Shown piece by piece: positions 20,686 to 31,936 of a stretch of DNA of 64,000 nt. The notes beneath the pieces were generated by a model that was not told the origin of the DNA, made no database searches, and saw nothing but the letters and a program-made list of their open reading frames with translations. The stretch is from contig CAVZNH010000070.1 of the NCBI GenBank assembly GCA_963776505.1, positions 81,171 to 145,170 of the forward strand, in the 5' to 3' direction. Each line of letters starts with the position of its first letter. The stretch's first letter is position 1. This DNA comes from an uncultured Alphaproteobacteria bacterium. Lineage in GTDB: Bacteria > Pseudomonadota > Alphaproteobacteria > Acetobacterales > Acetobacteraceae. The translations under genes and the position numbers were made by a program.

Positions 20686-21471
20686 ATGGCACGGTCCGTG
20701 GCAGTCTGGGACCCGGCACAGTACCTGCAGTTCGCCAATGAGCGGCTGCGTCCCGCGCTGGATCTGCTGGCGCAGGTGCCGCTCGATGCGCCCGCGCGCG
20801 TGGTGGATCTCGGCTGCGGGGCAGGCAACGTCACAGCAATCCTGCAGCAGCGCTTCCCGCGGGCGGAGGTATTCGGCGTCGACGGATCGGCCGCAATGCT
20901 GGAAAAGGCACGCGTCACGGTGCCTCTGTGCCGCTTTGAGCAGGCCGACTTCTTCCAATGGCGGCCGGCGGAGCCGCTCGACCTGATCTACTCGAATGCC
21001 GCGCTGCAGTGGGTGGACCGGCATCCTACGCTGTTCCCGCAGCTGCTGTCGTTGCTCGCGCCAGGCGGCGTGCTGGCGGTGCAGATGCCGGCAATGCACG
21101 ACACGCCTTTGCGGCGGATCCCTTACGACCTGGCCGCGAAGCAACCCTGGGAACAGTATTTGAGCGAGGTCTCGTCCGCCCCCGCGATACTCTCGCCGGC
21201 GGAATACTGGGACTTGCTGCGCCCGCGCGTCGCATCGCTCGACATGTGGCAGACGACGTATATGCACGCGCTCAGCGGCGAGAATGCCGTGGCGGAATGG
21301 GCGGCGGGCAGCAGCCTGCGGCCGTTCCTGGATCGGCTGCCCGAGGAGCGGAAGGAAGCGTTCCGTCAGGCGTACACCGACGCCGCGCGGCCGCATTATC
21401 CTCGCGGCGCTGACGGCATCACGCTGCTGCCGTTCCACCGGCTGTTCATGGTGGCACGCAGCGGCCGTTGA
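20686..21471 (+). CDS. tam: Trans-aconitate 2-methyltransferase
   Basis: WDPAQYLQFANERLRPALDLL, SAM motif VVDLGCGAGN, 261 aa. Confidence 0.8.
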   Translation: MARSVAVWDPAQYLQFANERLRPALDLLAQVPLDAPARVVDLGCGAGNVTAILQQRFPRAEVFGVDGSAAMLEKARVTVPLCRFEQADFFQWRPAEPLDLIYSNAALQWVDRHPTLFPQLLSLLAPGGVLAVQMPAMHDTPLRRIPYDLAAKQPWEQYLSEVSSAPAILSPAEYWDLLRPRVASLDMWQTTYMHALSGENAVAEWAAGSSLRPFLDRLPEERKEAFRQAYTDAARPHYPRGADGITLLPFHRLFMVARSGR

Positions 21472-21485
21472 TCCACATCGGCGGC

Positions 21486-21902
21486 TCACAGAAATCGGAA
21501 CCGCGCCTTCTGCCCCTGATGCAGGATCACGACAGCTCGCTGCCGGAAGCGGACTGCCAGTTGGACGCAGAGCCGACATTCCCCAGCCACCAGCAGCATC
21601 TTCTCATGCCACCCCTTCAGCGATCCCTCCGCGTCCACCACTGTTGCGCGGCGCAGCCGCTGCCGAAGCTGCCGTTGGAGGCGCCGGTTCCAGCCATCCG
21701 GCATACGGTGGGATCGCGGATTCCATGCGGTGACAAGTGTCGCACTTCGCGCGCCCAGACGTCGCAACAGTGCATCCGGCACACGACGGCCTATGACGAT
21801 ATCGTATCCCCCGGCACGATACCGCGTCAGACGATAGGCACGCAGCAGGCGTGGCGAGATCGGATCAGCCTGCGTCGCGCACCTCACTGAATTCGACGTC
21901 AC
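21486..21902 (-). CDS. DUF3293-like hypothetical protein
   Basis: ATLVTAWNPRS...GWHEKMLLVAG...LAVRFRQRAVV pattern. The 5' end overlaps the rodA 3' end by 38 nt. Confidence 0.55.
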   Translation of the reverse strand: MTSNSVRCATQADPISPRLLRAYRLTRYRAGGYDIVIGRRVPDALLRRLGARSATLVTAWNPRSHRMPDGWNRRLQRQLRQRLRRATVVDAEGSLKGWHEKMLLVAGECRLCVQLAVRFRQRAVVILHQGQKARFRFL

Positions 21903-23010
21903 GGTGCACGTACACCGACATCAGAAGACCGAAGCCGATCATCGCCGTTATCATCGCTGATCCACCATGCGACAGCAGCGGCAAGGGCACCCCGCCCACC
22001 GGAATCGCGCCCATCACCATGGCGATGTTGACGAACACGTAAAGGAAGAAATTGCTGGCGATACCGAACGCGACCAGCCGTCCGAACTGGTGCCGGCAGC
22101 GCAGTGCAATCGCCATGCCCCCCAATACGAGCAGACCCAGGAGCGCCATGACGGCGATACATCCGACGAAGCCGAACTCCTCGCCGATCATGGTGAATAT
22201 GAAGTCGGTCTGCCTCTCCGGCAGGAAATCCAGATGCCCCTGCGTGCCCTGCAAGAACCCCTTCCCCCACAAGCCGCCCGACCCGAGCGCGATCTTCGAC
22301 TGGATGATGTTGTAGCCGGCACCGAGTGGATCGCTTTCGGGCTGCAGGAACGTATCGATCCTGGCGCGCTGGTAGTCGTGCAGATGGCCATAGATGATTT
22401 GCGCGGCGAACGGCACCGGCAGCGCCACGAACAGGAACTTCCACCAGCGCACGCCGGCCGCGAAGAACATGGCAGCCCCCAGCGCCGCAGTGATCACCGC
22501 CGTGCCGAGATTGGGCTCCTTCACGATCAGTCCCACCGGCACCAGCACGGCGACCAGCGGCGGGATCAGGAACAGCGGATTGCCGATCCGCTCCCACGGA
22601 GCGCGATGGAACCACGACGCCAGCGCCAGCACGAGCGTGATCTTCATCAGTTCCGACGGCTGGATCTGCAGCCCGCCCAGCTCGATCCAGCGCTGCGCTC
22701 CCTTTCCGACGACGCCATACCGCATCACCAGCACCAGCAGTACCAGAGCGACGCAATAACTCGGCCAAGCCAGCCGCGCGATGAAACGGATATCGACCAG
22801 CGCGATGCCGATCATCAGCACCAGGCCAGTAGCAAACCGAAGCACGTGCCGCGACGCATAAGGCTCGGCTGCTCCGCCGGCTGCACTGTAAAGCGCGGCG
22901 TAGCCGACGCCGGCCAGCGCGCAGAGCAGCACCACATACAGCCAGTTGACCCGCCAGACCTTGACGCCAATGCCGAACGACGTATCGCGCCAGATCCTCC
23001 CTTCCCTCAT
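21865..23010 (-). CDS. rodA: Rod shape-determining SEDS protein RodA
   Basis: 381-aa polytopic ORF of the FtsW/RodA family (..LQIQPSELMKI.., ..GLWGKGFLQGTQ..), ATGA-coupled to mrdA. Confidence 0.95.
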   Translation of the reverse strand: MREGRIWRDTSFGIGVKVWRVNWLYVVLLCALAGVGYAALYSAAGGAAEPYASRHVLRFATGLVLMIGIALVDIRFIARLAWPSYCVALVLLVLVMRYGVVGKGAQRWIELGGLQIQPSELMKITLVLALASWFHRAPWERIGNPLFLIPPLVAVLVPVGLIVKEPNLGTAVITAALGAAMFFAAGVRWWKFLFVALPVPFAAQIIYGHLHDYQRARIDTFLQPESDPLGAGYNIIQSKIALGSGGLWGKGFLQGTQGHLDFLPERQTDFIFTMIGEEFGFVGCIAVMALLGLLVLGGMAIALRCRHQFGRLVAFGIASNFFLYVFVNIAMVMGAIPVGGVPLPLLSHGGSAMITAMIGFGLLMSVYVHRDVEFSEVRDAG

Positions 23011-24878
23011 CGCGCCGCATCACGCTCGGCGACCTGCGCACCAGGCAGCGCGTCGCGGCCTGCCGGATCACGTTGCAGCGCGGCGGTCATGATGTCGCGT
23101 GCAATCGGTGCGGCAGCCGCCGCTCCAGCGTTGCCATGCTCAACGACCACGGACAGCGCATAGCGAGGATCATTGTAAGGCGCATAGGCCACGAACAGCG
23201 CGTGAGGACGGAACTCCCAAGGCAGTTTGGAACTATCGAAGTGTCCACCCTCGCGCTGCTCCCGCGACACGCGCCGCACCTGCGACGAGCCGGTCTTGCC
23301 AGCCATCTGCCAGCGTTGGTCAGGCAGCTTCGCCGAGGGCGCGGTGCCTCCCGGCTCATTCACCACTGCCCACATCCCTTCGCGCACGACGTGCAGCGAG
23401 CGGTCCGACAGATTGAGGCTTGGCCAGTCAGCGGACTGCGATCCGGATTGCAGCACGCCACCCAGCTTGCGAGTCAGATGCGGTTGCACCTCGCGGCCGG
23501 TGGCGACGCGCGCGGCATACGTCGCGAGCTGAAGTGGCGTGACCTGTATATACCCCTGACCGATGCCCGATACGACCGTATCGCCGGGGTTCCACGCATG
23601 GCCTTGGCCGATGCGCCATTCACGCGTTGGAATGAAGCCGGAGCGCGCGCCAGGAAGATCGATCGCCAGCTCGGTCCCCAGGCCGAAGCGGTGCGCCATT
23701 GCCGCGATGCGGTCGATCCCGACTCGCCTGGCGGTCTCATAGAAGTAAACGTCGCAGCTGTTCTTCAATCCGCCACGCAGATCCAGTGTGCCGTGACCAC
23801 CCTGCCGCCAGCAATGAAATCGCGCATTGCCCAGATCGAAATACCCCGGACAATGGACGGCATCGCCAGGCGAGACGATCCCAGACTCCAGGCCGGCCAT
23901 CGCCACCGCCATCTTGAATGTCGAGCCGGGCGCGTACACACCCGCCGCCGCGCGATTGAGCAGCGGAGTACGCTTGTCCTGCGCCCACTCCGTCCACTGC
24001 ACCTGCGTCACGCCGGAATTGAACAGCGTCGGATCGAACGACGGATTGGTGCCCATCGCCAGTACCTCGCCATTGCGGCAGTCGAGCACCACGCAGCTCG
24101 CGCACTCATCGCCAAGCCTGCCCAGCACCGTCTGCTGCAGGGTCACATCGATGGTAAGGCCGACCTCCTCGCCTGCCACGCCCTCCTGACGATCCAGTTC
24201 CCGGATCACTCGTCCGAGCGCATTGACCTCGAGCTGCACCGCCCCGGCGCTGCCACGCAGATCGCGATCATGCTGCTTCTCCACCCCGGCGCGTCCCACC
24301 CTGATCCCAGGCAGCGCTAGATCAGGATCATCGGCAACATCCGCCTCGGTCGGCGGCGCGACATACCCCACAACATGCACGAGCTGTTCGCCAAAAGGAT
24401 ACATCCGCGACGTGCCGACATCGACCAGGATGCCGGGCAGATCAGGCGCGCTGACCTCGATCGCCGCCATCTCTTCCCAGCTCAGGAACTCACGCACCAC
24501 GGTCGGAATAAAGCTGCGATGCCGGTGCAGCTCCCGCTCGATGCGGGCGCGTTCATAGTCCGCCAGCGGCACGATGCGCGAGAAGTTGTCGAGCGTCGTC
24601 GCCGTATCGGCGGTCTGCTCGGCCACCAGCAGAGCGCGCCAGTTCAGCCGATTGCCTGCCACAACGACACCGAACCTATCCAGCATGCGCCCACGCGGCG
24701 GCGCGATCAGTCGCGTACTGACGCGGTTCTCCTCCGCCAGCGTGGCATAGCGCGTGCCGTCGACCACCTGAACCTGGTAGAGCCGCGCGGCCAGGCCGCC
24801 GAGCAACGCCACCTGACCGCCCATCATCAGCAAAGCGCGCCGCGTGAACACGCCGCTGCGGCGAGTATTGCGTCGCAT
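23007..24878 (-). CDS. mrdA: Penicillin-binding protein 2 (elongasome transpeptidase)
   Basis: SxxK (GSTFK), SCD-type second motif (NSCDVYF), KTG (GKTGSS). Start chosen at MRRNTRRSGVFTRRALL, 1 nt after the mreD stop. Confidence 0.95.
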   Translation of the reverse strand: MRRNTRRSGVFTRRALLMMGGQVALLGGLAARLYQVQVVDGTRYATLAEENRVSTRLIAPPRGRMLDRFGVVVAGNRLNWRALLVAEQTADTATTLDNFSRIVPLADYERARIERELHRHRSFIPTVVREFLSWEEMAAIEVSAPDLPGILVDVGTSRMYPFGEQLVHVVGYVAPPTEADVADDPDLALPGIRVGRAGVEKQHDRDLRGSAGAVQLEVNALGRVIRELDRQEGVAGEEVGLTIDVTLQQTVLGRLGDECASCVVLDCRNGEVLAMGTNPSFDPTLFNSGVTQVQWTEWAQDKRTPLLNRAAAGVYAPGSTFKMAVAMAGLESGIVSPGDAVHCPGYFDLGNARFHCWRQGGHGTLDLRGGLKNSCDVYFYETARRVGIDRIAAMAHRFGLGTELAIDLPGARSGFIPTREWRIGQGHAWNPGDTVVSGIGQGYIQVTPLQLATYAARVATGREVQPHLTRKLGGVLQSGSQSADWPSLNLSDRSLHVVREGMWAVVNEPGGTAPSAKLPDQRWQMAGKTGSSQVRRVSREQREGGHFDSSKLPWEFRPHALFVAYAPYNDPRYALSVVVEHGNAGAAAAAPIARDIMTAALQRDPAGRDALPGAQVAERDAAR

Positions 24879-24879
24879 C

Positions 24880-25434
24880 TTAAGCACGCTCGGGATCCGC
24901 GGCCGTGCGATCGACGCGGATGAACAGAATGGCCAGCGCCGGATACAGCGCAGCCGCCAGGGTCGCCTCAAACAGCACGGGACCGACCGGCAGCAGACGA
25001 AACAGCAGCAGTGCCGTCGTCACCCATCCAAGCGCGGCAGCGGCAGCAGCGAAGCCCGCGAACGTCAGCCAAGCCGCGACGAACCCTTGTCGGATCATGA
25101 TCTGCCGCCAGTGCACCACAAGCCCATGCACAACCAGCAGCGTCAGCGCTCCCACGCCGAGCGGCAGATAACCGAGCAGATCGAACAGCAGCCCGACTAC
25201 GAACACCACCGGTGGCGGCATCGCCCCGGGCCGCAGCAGCGACCAGAAATACACGCAGGCGAACGTGACCGCCGGCAAGATCGCCGCCTGATCGGCGATG
25301 CCGTACGGCGCCTCCGCAAGCAGCATCAGCAGCACCGTGCAGCCCGCCGGGAGCGCGTGGCGCGCCGCGGTATCGAGCCGCCGCCCCAGCGTGACCCGCG
25401 GCCGGATGCCGGGCGTCTGGTCGGTCCGCGCCAT
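24880..25434 (-). CDS. mreD: Rod shape-determining protein MreD
   Basis: 184-aa hydrophobic ORF located between mreC and mrdA. Confidence 0.85.
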   Translation of the reverse strand: MARTDQTPGIRPRVTLGRRLDTAARHALPAGCTVLLMLLAEAPYGIADQAAILPAVTFACVYFWSLLRPGAMPPPVVFVVGLLFDLLGYLPLGVGALTLLVVHGLVVHWRQIMIRQGFVAAWLTFAGFAAAAAALGWVTTALLLFRLLPVGPVLFEATLAAALYPALAILFIRVDRTAADPERA

Positions 25435-26297
25435 CAGCGCCTTCGCCGTTCGGGCAGCCGACCCGGCGCCTCCGGTGCGGCGATGTCGGTCAGGCCATAG
25501 TCAAAGATACGAACCACCTCCAGGCGATCGAGCATCGCCGCCGGCAACACCTCGGGCACCTTGGCCGAGGAAAAATGCACCGTGCCGACCGGCAGATTGG
25601 CCGGGAAGGCGCTGGCCTCGGTGCTGGTGACGACCCGCTCGCCCTCCTGTGGCGTGCTGCCTTCCGGCCAGTAGACCACCCGCGGCCGCGCCCCGTTGGT
25701 GCCGATTACGATGGCATGGGCGCCCGAATTCTCCAGAACCACCGGTACGCGGCTGTTCATATCGGTGATCAGCAGCACCCGCGCGGTGCGTGCGCCGACC
25801 TCAGTGACGCGTCCGACCAGGCCGCGTTCGTCCAGCGCGATCTCACCCTTGCGGATGCCGTGGTTCGGCCCCACCGAGAGCAACACCGCCTTGGCATAGA
25901 TGCCGCCTGCATCCGCCACCACGCGCGCGGTGACGTAGGACGGCGCGGGGTCCGGAACCCAGTGCAGATCAGCCTTGAGCCGCTGGTTCTCAGCATCGAG
26001 CGCCAGTGCAATCGACTGCCAGCGGCGCAGCTGTTCGTTTTCCTCGCGCAACCGCGCATTCTCGGCTCTGACGTCCCACAGCCCGGCCGCGTTGACGACT
26101 GCGTCCCGCACGGTCCCAAGCGGTCCGGCGAGCGCGGCATAGATCGGCGCCAGCGCATCGGCCAGCGCCATGCGCGCACGCTCGGCCAGCACCGCATCGG
26201 CCTTGCCAAGCAGCATCAGCCCGAAGGTGGCCACGATCAGCACCGGCAGGGTCAGCTTCGCCAGTGCCTGGCGTGCCTGGATGGAAATACGGATCAT
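25434..26297 (-). CDS. mreC: Rod shape-determining protein MreC
   Basis: N-terminal TM, a coiled coil (ENARLREENEQLRRW) and a beta-barrel region (GLVGRVTEVG..ARVLLITD). Confidence 0.9.
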   Translation of the reverse strand: MIRISIQARQALAKLTLPVLIVATFGLMLLGKADAVLAERARMALADALAPIYAALAGPLGTVRDAVVNAAGLWDVRAENARLREENEQLRRWQSIALALDAENQRLKADLHWVPDPAPSYVTARVVADAGGIYAKAVLLSVGPNHGIRKGEIALDERGLVGRVTEVGARTARVLLITDMNSRVPVVLENSGAHAIVIGTNGARPRVVYWPEGSTPQEGERVVTSTEASAFPANLPVGTVHFSSAKVPEVLPAAMLDRLEVVRIFDYGLTDIAAPEAPGRLPERRRR

Positions 26298-26479
26298 GCA
26301 AACGCAGGTCTATTGCGACCCACAACTAATACGCGATCGGCCGTGGCGTATGAAGCGCTGAGTTGTCGCGGCAGCCGGAACGAGCTGTCCCCTCTATTTC
26401 GCGACAGAATTTATATTTGCCTCATACCAAATTAACGCGGTAGCAATGAAGCAACGCGCCTATGCGCAAGTGAGACCAC

Positions 26480-26882
26480 ATGAGAAGCGCCATGCTCGCA
26501 AACGGGGTGCAGGGTATTTTTCTCGCCGCCGCGATGATACTTGGTGTCTCCATCATGGCGGACGCCGCGCCCCCCGTCGGCCAGCCACTCGATCCGGATA
26601 TGAGCCGTTGGTATCAAAGTCTGAAGCAGCCCGGGTACCGGCGCCGGATGTTGCGCTGCCGCCGATTGTAGACCCTACGACTCTCGTCTCGTCGCTGATC
26701 ACTATGAAATCCTGCTAGACCACAGATGGTTACCTGTGCCGAACAGTGTCGTTTTGCATCGTGAAAATAGAGCCGGCACCGCGGTCGCCTGTTTGCAAAC
26801 GCAATGGAACTACGGCTTCGGGCCTCCACCGGCGGACTTCTCGCCGGACATACTGTGCTTCATCCCCGGACCGAGTGCCTGA
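26480..26882 (+). CDS. Secreted Cys-containing hypothetical protein, restored by a 1-nt correction at 26630-26635 (second half absent from the ORF track)
   Basis: Signal peptide MRSAMLANGVQGIFLAAAMILGVSIMADA..WYQSLKQPG, then in the next frame TGAGCCAAADCRPYDSRLVADHYEILLDHRWLPVPNSVVLHRENRAGTAVACLQTQWNYGFGPPPADFSPDILCFIPGPSA*. Confidence 0.55.
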
Positions 26883-27074
26883 TCAGCGCCCTGATCAGGC
26901 AGTCGCGCTAGCGGGCATGTCGCGGGTGACCACGTGCCCGCGCCGATCAGCGCATCGTGGAACGCGACCGGGTAACGGTGCCATCGCCGACGACGGCAGC
27001 CGTTCAACCAGCAGTTCGCGCCGCTCCGAGGGGCCATCGCAATGCTGCATTGTAGCGCGGGAGCGTCATGTAGA

Positions 27075-27110
27075 CCCCCTCCCCTCGCGGGAGGGGCTAG
27101 GGGGAGAGGG
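27075..27110 (+). repeat. C-rich/G-rich REP-like element, copy 1
   Basis: ccccctcccctcgcgggaggggctagggggagaggg, between the convergent secreted-protein gene and mreB. Confidence 0.8.
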
Positions 27111-27122
27111 CAATCTTCGCTA

Positions 27123-28220
<1,098 letters not shown>

Positions 28221-28343
28221 TTAGCCCCGCTCCCCTTCGTTAACAAGAGGTTGAACCACACGCCCCGGGAACGCCCCATTCCGGCCACCGGATTTCCTCC
28301 GCCAATCAGGAATCTCCACCCCTTGCCAAGGGAGGATTTGCAT

Positions 28344-28559
28344 ATGGCACGCAGCATCGCACTCGGACTGGCACTGAGCGGCCTGCTCACCGTTCTGACG
28401 GCCTGCGGTTATGACCCCGGGACACGGGCGGTGACCGGGGGTCTGATGGGCGCGGGCGCCGGTGCCGGCGTAGCCGCGCTGTCCCACGGCAAGCCGGCGA
28501 CCGGGGCGCTGGTCGGTGGTGGCATCGGTGCGGTCGGTGGCGCGGTCACGGCGCCGTGA
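28344..28559 (+). CDS. Glycine-zipper lipoprotein
   Basis: GGAGGA RBS, lipobox LLTVLTAC, then GGLMGAGAGAGVAAL..GALVGGGIGAVGGAV. Confidence 0.7.
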   Translation: MARSIALGLALSGLLTVLTACGYDPGTRAVTGGLMGAGAGAGVAALSHGKPATGALVGGGIGAVGGAVTAP

Positions 28560-28607
28560 TTGACTACAGCCGGCGTTGACCTCGACCCTATAGGGTCGCC
28601 GCCGCGA

Positions 28608-29364
28608 TCAACGCGGTCCGCGCGGTGGCCCACAGGTCCAGATTACCCGGCCCACAACGTGGACCTCAGCGGCCTGGGCTGGCGGGACATGTTCGACCTC
28701 ATAAGAGGCATTGTCGCTTATCAGGGTGAGACTGCCATCCAACTTTGGCTGAACACGTTTCACCAGTCGCTCGCCGGCGATCTCAAGCACGTAAATCCCG
28801 AAGCTGCTGAAGCGGTTTTCGGAGGCATCGACCAGCAAAAGGTCGCCTGCCTCGAATGCTGGGCACCATCGACTCGCCCTCCGCTGTATCAACCAGCAGG
28901 CGGTCCGGATCGATGCCGAACATGTCGCGGACCCAGTCACGACGGAATGCAACGAACTCGACAGAATTCGGCGGAGGCGGCGTCTCCACCCCGGCCGCGG
29001 CTGCTTCGGGCCGCTTCGGCAGCAGGAGATAGTCCCCCTCGCCGAGCCCACCGGCCATCGAGAGCGCCGTCTGCTGCTCTGCCAAGCCGTGAAACCGCGG
29101 CTCTGGACCTTCGCCGCCGGCCAGCCAGCCGACACTGACACCGGCGGCCTGGGCAAGAGCGACGAGCCTCTCGCGGCTCGGTTCCGCCTCCCCGCGCAGC
29201 CACTTGCGGAAGGCGGAGGGAGACACGCCCGTCGCTCGCGCCAGCCGATCCGCGCTCGGCCACTGGCGCAGAATAGCCTGCAGCCGAGAAATGAATGCGG
29301 CTCGCTCAGCAGTGGGTGAAAGGACAGTCGGACTGGTCTTCCCGGACTCGCTTTGGCGTGACAT
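28608..29364 (-). CDS. XRE-type HTH + S24 (LexA/CI-like) peptidase repressor, apparent frameshift near 28850
   Basis: HTH LARATGVSPSAFRKWLRGEAEPSRERL. The peptidase part is AEGESM.. (Ser) in one frame and ..FEAGDLLLVD..GIYVLEIAGERLVKRVQ (Lys) in the next. Confidence 0.8.
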
Positions 29365-29479
29365 TTGTCTGCTATTACCCAAAGTCTCGACACTTTCGGG
29401 ACAGAGTCCCAACTCGTTCGGCTCGTTCAGGCGCCTGACAAGACACTTTGTGTTTTCAGGTTCTGTAGAGAGAATTGGC
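29365..29479. promoter_or_regulatory. Divergent control region with candidate operators
   Basis: Imperfect palindrome CCCAAAGTctcgacACTTTCGGG (29378-29400) and a second GACACTTTG-containing site (29437-29452). GACACTTT occurs twice. Confidence 0.3.
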
Positions 29480-29752
29480 ATGAATGCAAGGAACGGGGTC
29501 GAGAGCAACCGCCCTGGCACCGCGGACTGGCACCCGGCCGACATACTCGCCGCGCTCAAGAAGCGCGGTTGCAGTCTCGCGGGCCTGTCTGTCGCGAACG
29601 GATATCACCCGACTGCCGCCGGCAAGGCGCTTAAGCAGCCTTGGCCAGCGATCGAGCGGCTTCTGGCGGAAGCGATCGGCGTGACGCCGCAGGACATCTG
29701 GCCCAGCCGCTACGACAGCGAGGGGAATCCGCAGCGGCGCGCGAAATCGTGA
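29480..29752 (+). CDS. Ner/Nlp-family small DNA-binding regulator
   Basis: DWHPADILAALKKRGCSLAGLSVANGY..ALKQPWPAIERLLAEAIGVTPQDIWPSRY is the Ner/Nlp hallmark. 90 aa from the internal ATG. Confidence 0.75.
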   Translation: MNARNGVESNRPGTADWHPADILAALKKRGCSLAGLSVANGYHPTAAGKALKQPWPAIERLLAEAIGVTPQDIWPSRYDSEGNPQRRAKS

Positions 29753-30033
29753 TGGCGCACGATGCGCGGCCCGGCTCCGCCATCGACCCCACTTACAACG
29801 GCATGTGGCCAGGCGAGGTCGCTCCCAGAGCGTTCCAACCAACGTGCGGCCCGCGGCACCGCACAATAGTCTGACCACCGACACCGTGTCGCCACTTTGC
29901 GATAACATGTCGCTCTCAGCCCCTCGCAGATATTTTCATTGGTCGTTAACGCGTCCGGCAGGAACGTTCGCTTGGCATGTTCGGTTCAATCGTGCTGCGC
30001 AGAGACGACCCCAACACTAGATGGCCGCTAAAC

Positions 30034-30417
30034 ATGACGACAAAAGAACTTTCAGCTCACAACGAAATTCCTGATCACGCAGTTGGCATGGTGGTGGATG
30101 ATGACGCCTTGGTCCGCGAATCGGTGGCCCAGGTACTCGAGGACCTTTGCGATCAGGTCTATCAGGCCGCGGACGGACAGGAGGGGCTCGAGATCCTGGA
30201 GCAGCATCCGGACATCTCGGTAATCGTCACCGACATTGCGATGCCGCGCCTCGACGGCATCGCGTTCGCGTCGAAGGCACGTCGACTGCATCCTGAACTC
30301 AAGGTGCTTTTCGTCAGCGGGATGCAGCGGCCGCCCGGCAGTGAAGAGTTTCTGGCAAAGCCCTTCCGCGCCCTCGCGCTGGTATCAGCGCTGAACCACC
30401 TCATGAGCGTGCATTAG
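30034..30417 (+). CDS. Single-domain response regulator (receiver only)
   Basis: VVDDDALV.., IVTDIAMPRLDG, LFVSG, AKPF. No output domain. Confidence 0.8.
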   Translation: MTTKELSAHNEIPDHAVGMVVDDDALVRESVAQVLEDLCDQVYQAADGQEGLEILEQHPDISVIVTDIAMPRLDGIAFASKARRLHPELKVLFVSGMQRPPGSEEFLAKPFRALALVSALNHLMSVH

Positions 30418-30420
30418 CCT

Positions 30421-30798
30421 TTATCGGGGATTCCCGACCTCGTCGGCCGGAACGACGCTCTCGATGGTCGCCAGGAGAGCCGTCAGGCTGAACGGCTTCT
30501 GGATGCACGGCCGCTCCACCCCGGGCACCCGATCCATCATGTCGGGATGACCCGACATCAGGATCACCGGCACACCAACGTCATCGGCAAGCGGCACCAG
30601 TCGCGGGTCAAGCCCGCCGGGCAGCGTGCAGTCCAGCAGTATCCCGTCGATCCCGCCCGCCCGTAGGCATTCGATCGCCGCGGCGGCCGTCTCGGCGCAG
30701 CTGGTATCGTACACGCCGTCGAGCGCATCCACCACAACCTCCGAGACGAGTGGATCGTCCTCGACAACGAGAATGCGCTTTTGCCGATGGGTCCCCAT
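30421..30798 (-). CDS. Single-domain response regulator (receiver only)
   Basis: ILVVEDDPLV, ILLDCTLPGG, ILMSG, QKPF. 125 aa. Confidence 0.85.
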   Translation of the reverse strand: MGTHRQKRILVVEDDPLVSEVVVDALDGVYDTSCAETAAAAIECLRAGGIDGILLDCTLPGGLDPRLVPLADDVGVPVILMSGHPDMMDRVPGVERPCIQKPFSLTALLATIESVVPADEVGNPR

Positions 30799-30946
30799 TG
30801 TAACCTCGACTTTTCAGCTCAGCGGCGTCACAAGCACGAATGCGCACAATACGACGCCTGTGAGCGCGCGAAAAGTTGCTAAGCGCCCCAAACTTCTGGA
30901 TCGCGGTTTATTTATGCCACCTGGTCGTTCTCGATACAGAATTTAC

Positions 30947-31835
30947 TTATGCCCGCACTTCTCGCCCAAGCGCCTGCTCATAGACCCGGATCACTGAGCT
31001 GCTGTCGTCCCCGCCCATGCCCTTGGCGCGCGCGATACGCATCAGGTTCATCACCTGCGGCGCTATCATGCCAGGCACGCCGAGCTCATCGGCTAGTTCG
31101 AGCGCAAGCCGCAGGTCCTTGTGCGCGAGGTTGAGCGCGAAGGTCGCCTCGAATTCGCGCTTGAATGCCTTCTCGGAGATATTGCGGAACGCTGAGGAGT
31201 TCCCGCTGGCGTTGCTGATCACCTGCTGCAGCTTTTGCAGATCGATGCCGGCCATCGCCCCGATCATCAGCGCCTCGGCCGCCGCCGCGGCATTGCAGAA
31301 GGCCAGCATGTTGTTCACCAGCTTGGCGACCGAGCCCATGCCGATTTCGCCGACATGCACCACCTCGCCGCTGAATGACTTCAGCAGCGGAAGCTGGGCG
31401 TCGAATACCGCCGCATCGCCGCCGACCATGATGACGATCGTGCCATCGGTCGCACGCGGCACACCACCCGAGACCGGAGCCTCCAGCATCTGGATGCCCT
31501 TGGCGCGCATACCCTCGTGTCACACGCCGCGCGGTCGCCGGCGAGTTGGTGGAGAGGTCGATATAGACCGTGCCCGGCTTGGCGGTTTCGCTGATGCCGT
31601 CGGGGCCAAGCGCCACCTCCTCGACATTGCGTGGCATCGGCAATGAGGTGAGTACCACGTCGCAGGTGGATGCGATCTGCGCCACCGATGTTCCCGCCGT
31701 CGCGCCGAGATCGGTGCAGGCCTTGATGGCGGCCGGATTGAGGTCGAACACCACCACGTCATGGTTGGTATTGCGAATGATGTTGCGGCACATGGGGCCG
31801 CCCATGTTTCCGACGCCGATGAAGCCGACCTTCAT
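30947..31835 (-). CDS. 3-hydroxyisobutyrate/beta-hydroxyacid dehydrogenase family oxidoreductase, apparent frameshift near 31515
   Basis: MKVGFIGVGNMGGPM (NAD site) is in one frame. MLEAPVSGG..GSVAKLVNNML..LAHKDLRLALE is in the other. Confidence 0.85.
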
Positions 31836-31936
31836 TGCCGTTCCCCTCTAAGGTTCACCAGCGCCAGCATGCCCCAACGGGCGGCTTGCGGAAACCGCTG
31901 CCGTGGAGGACGCTTGGGCAGCAGGAGGAATGGACC

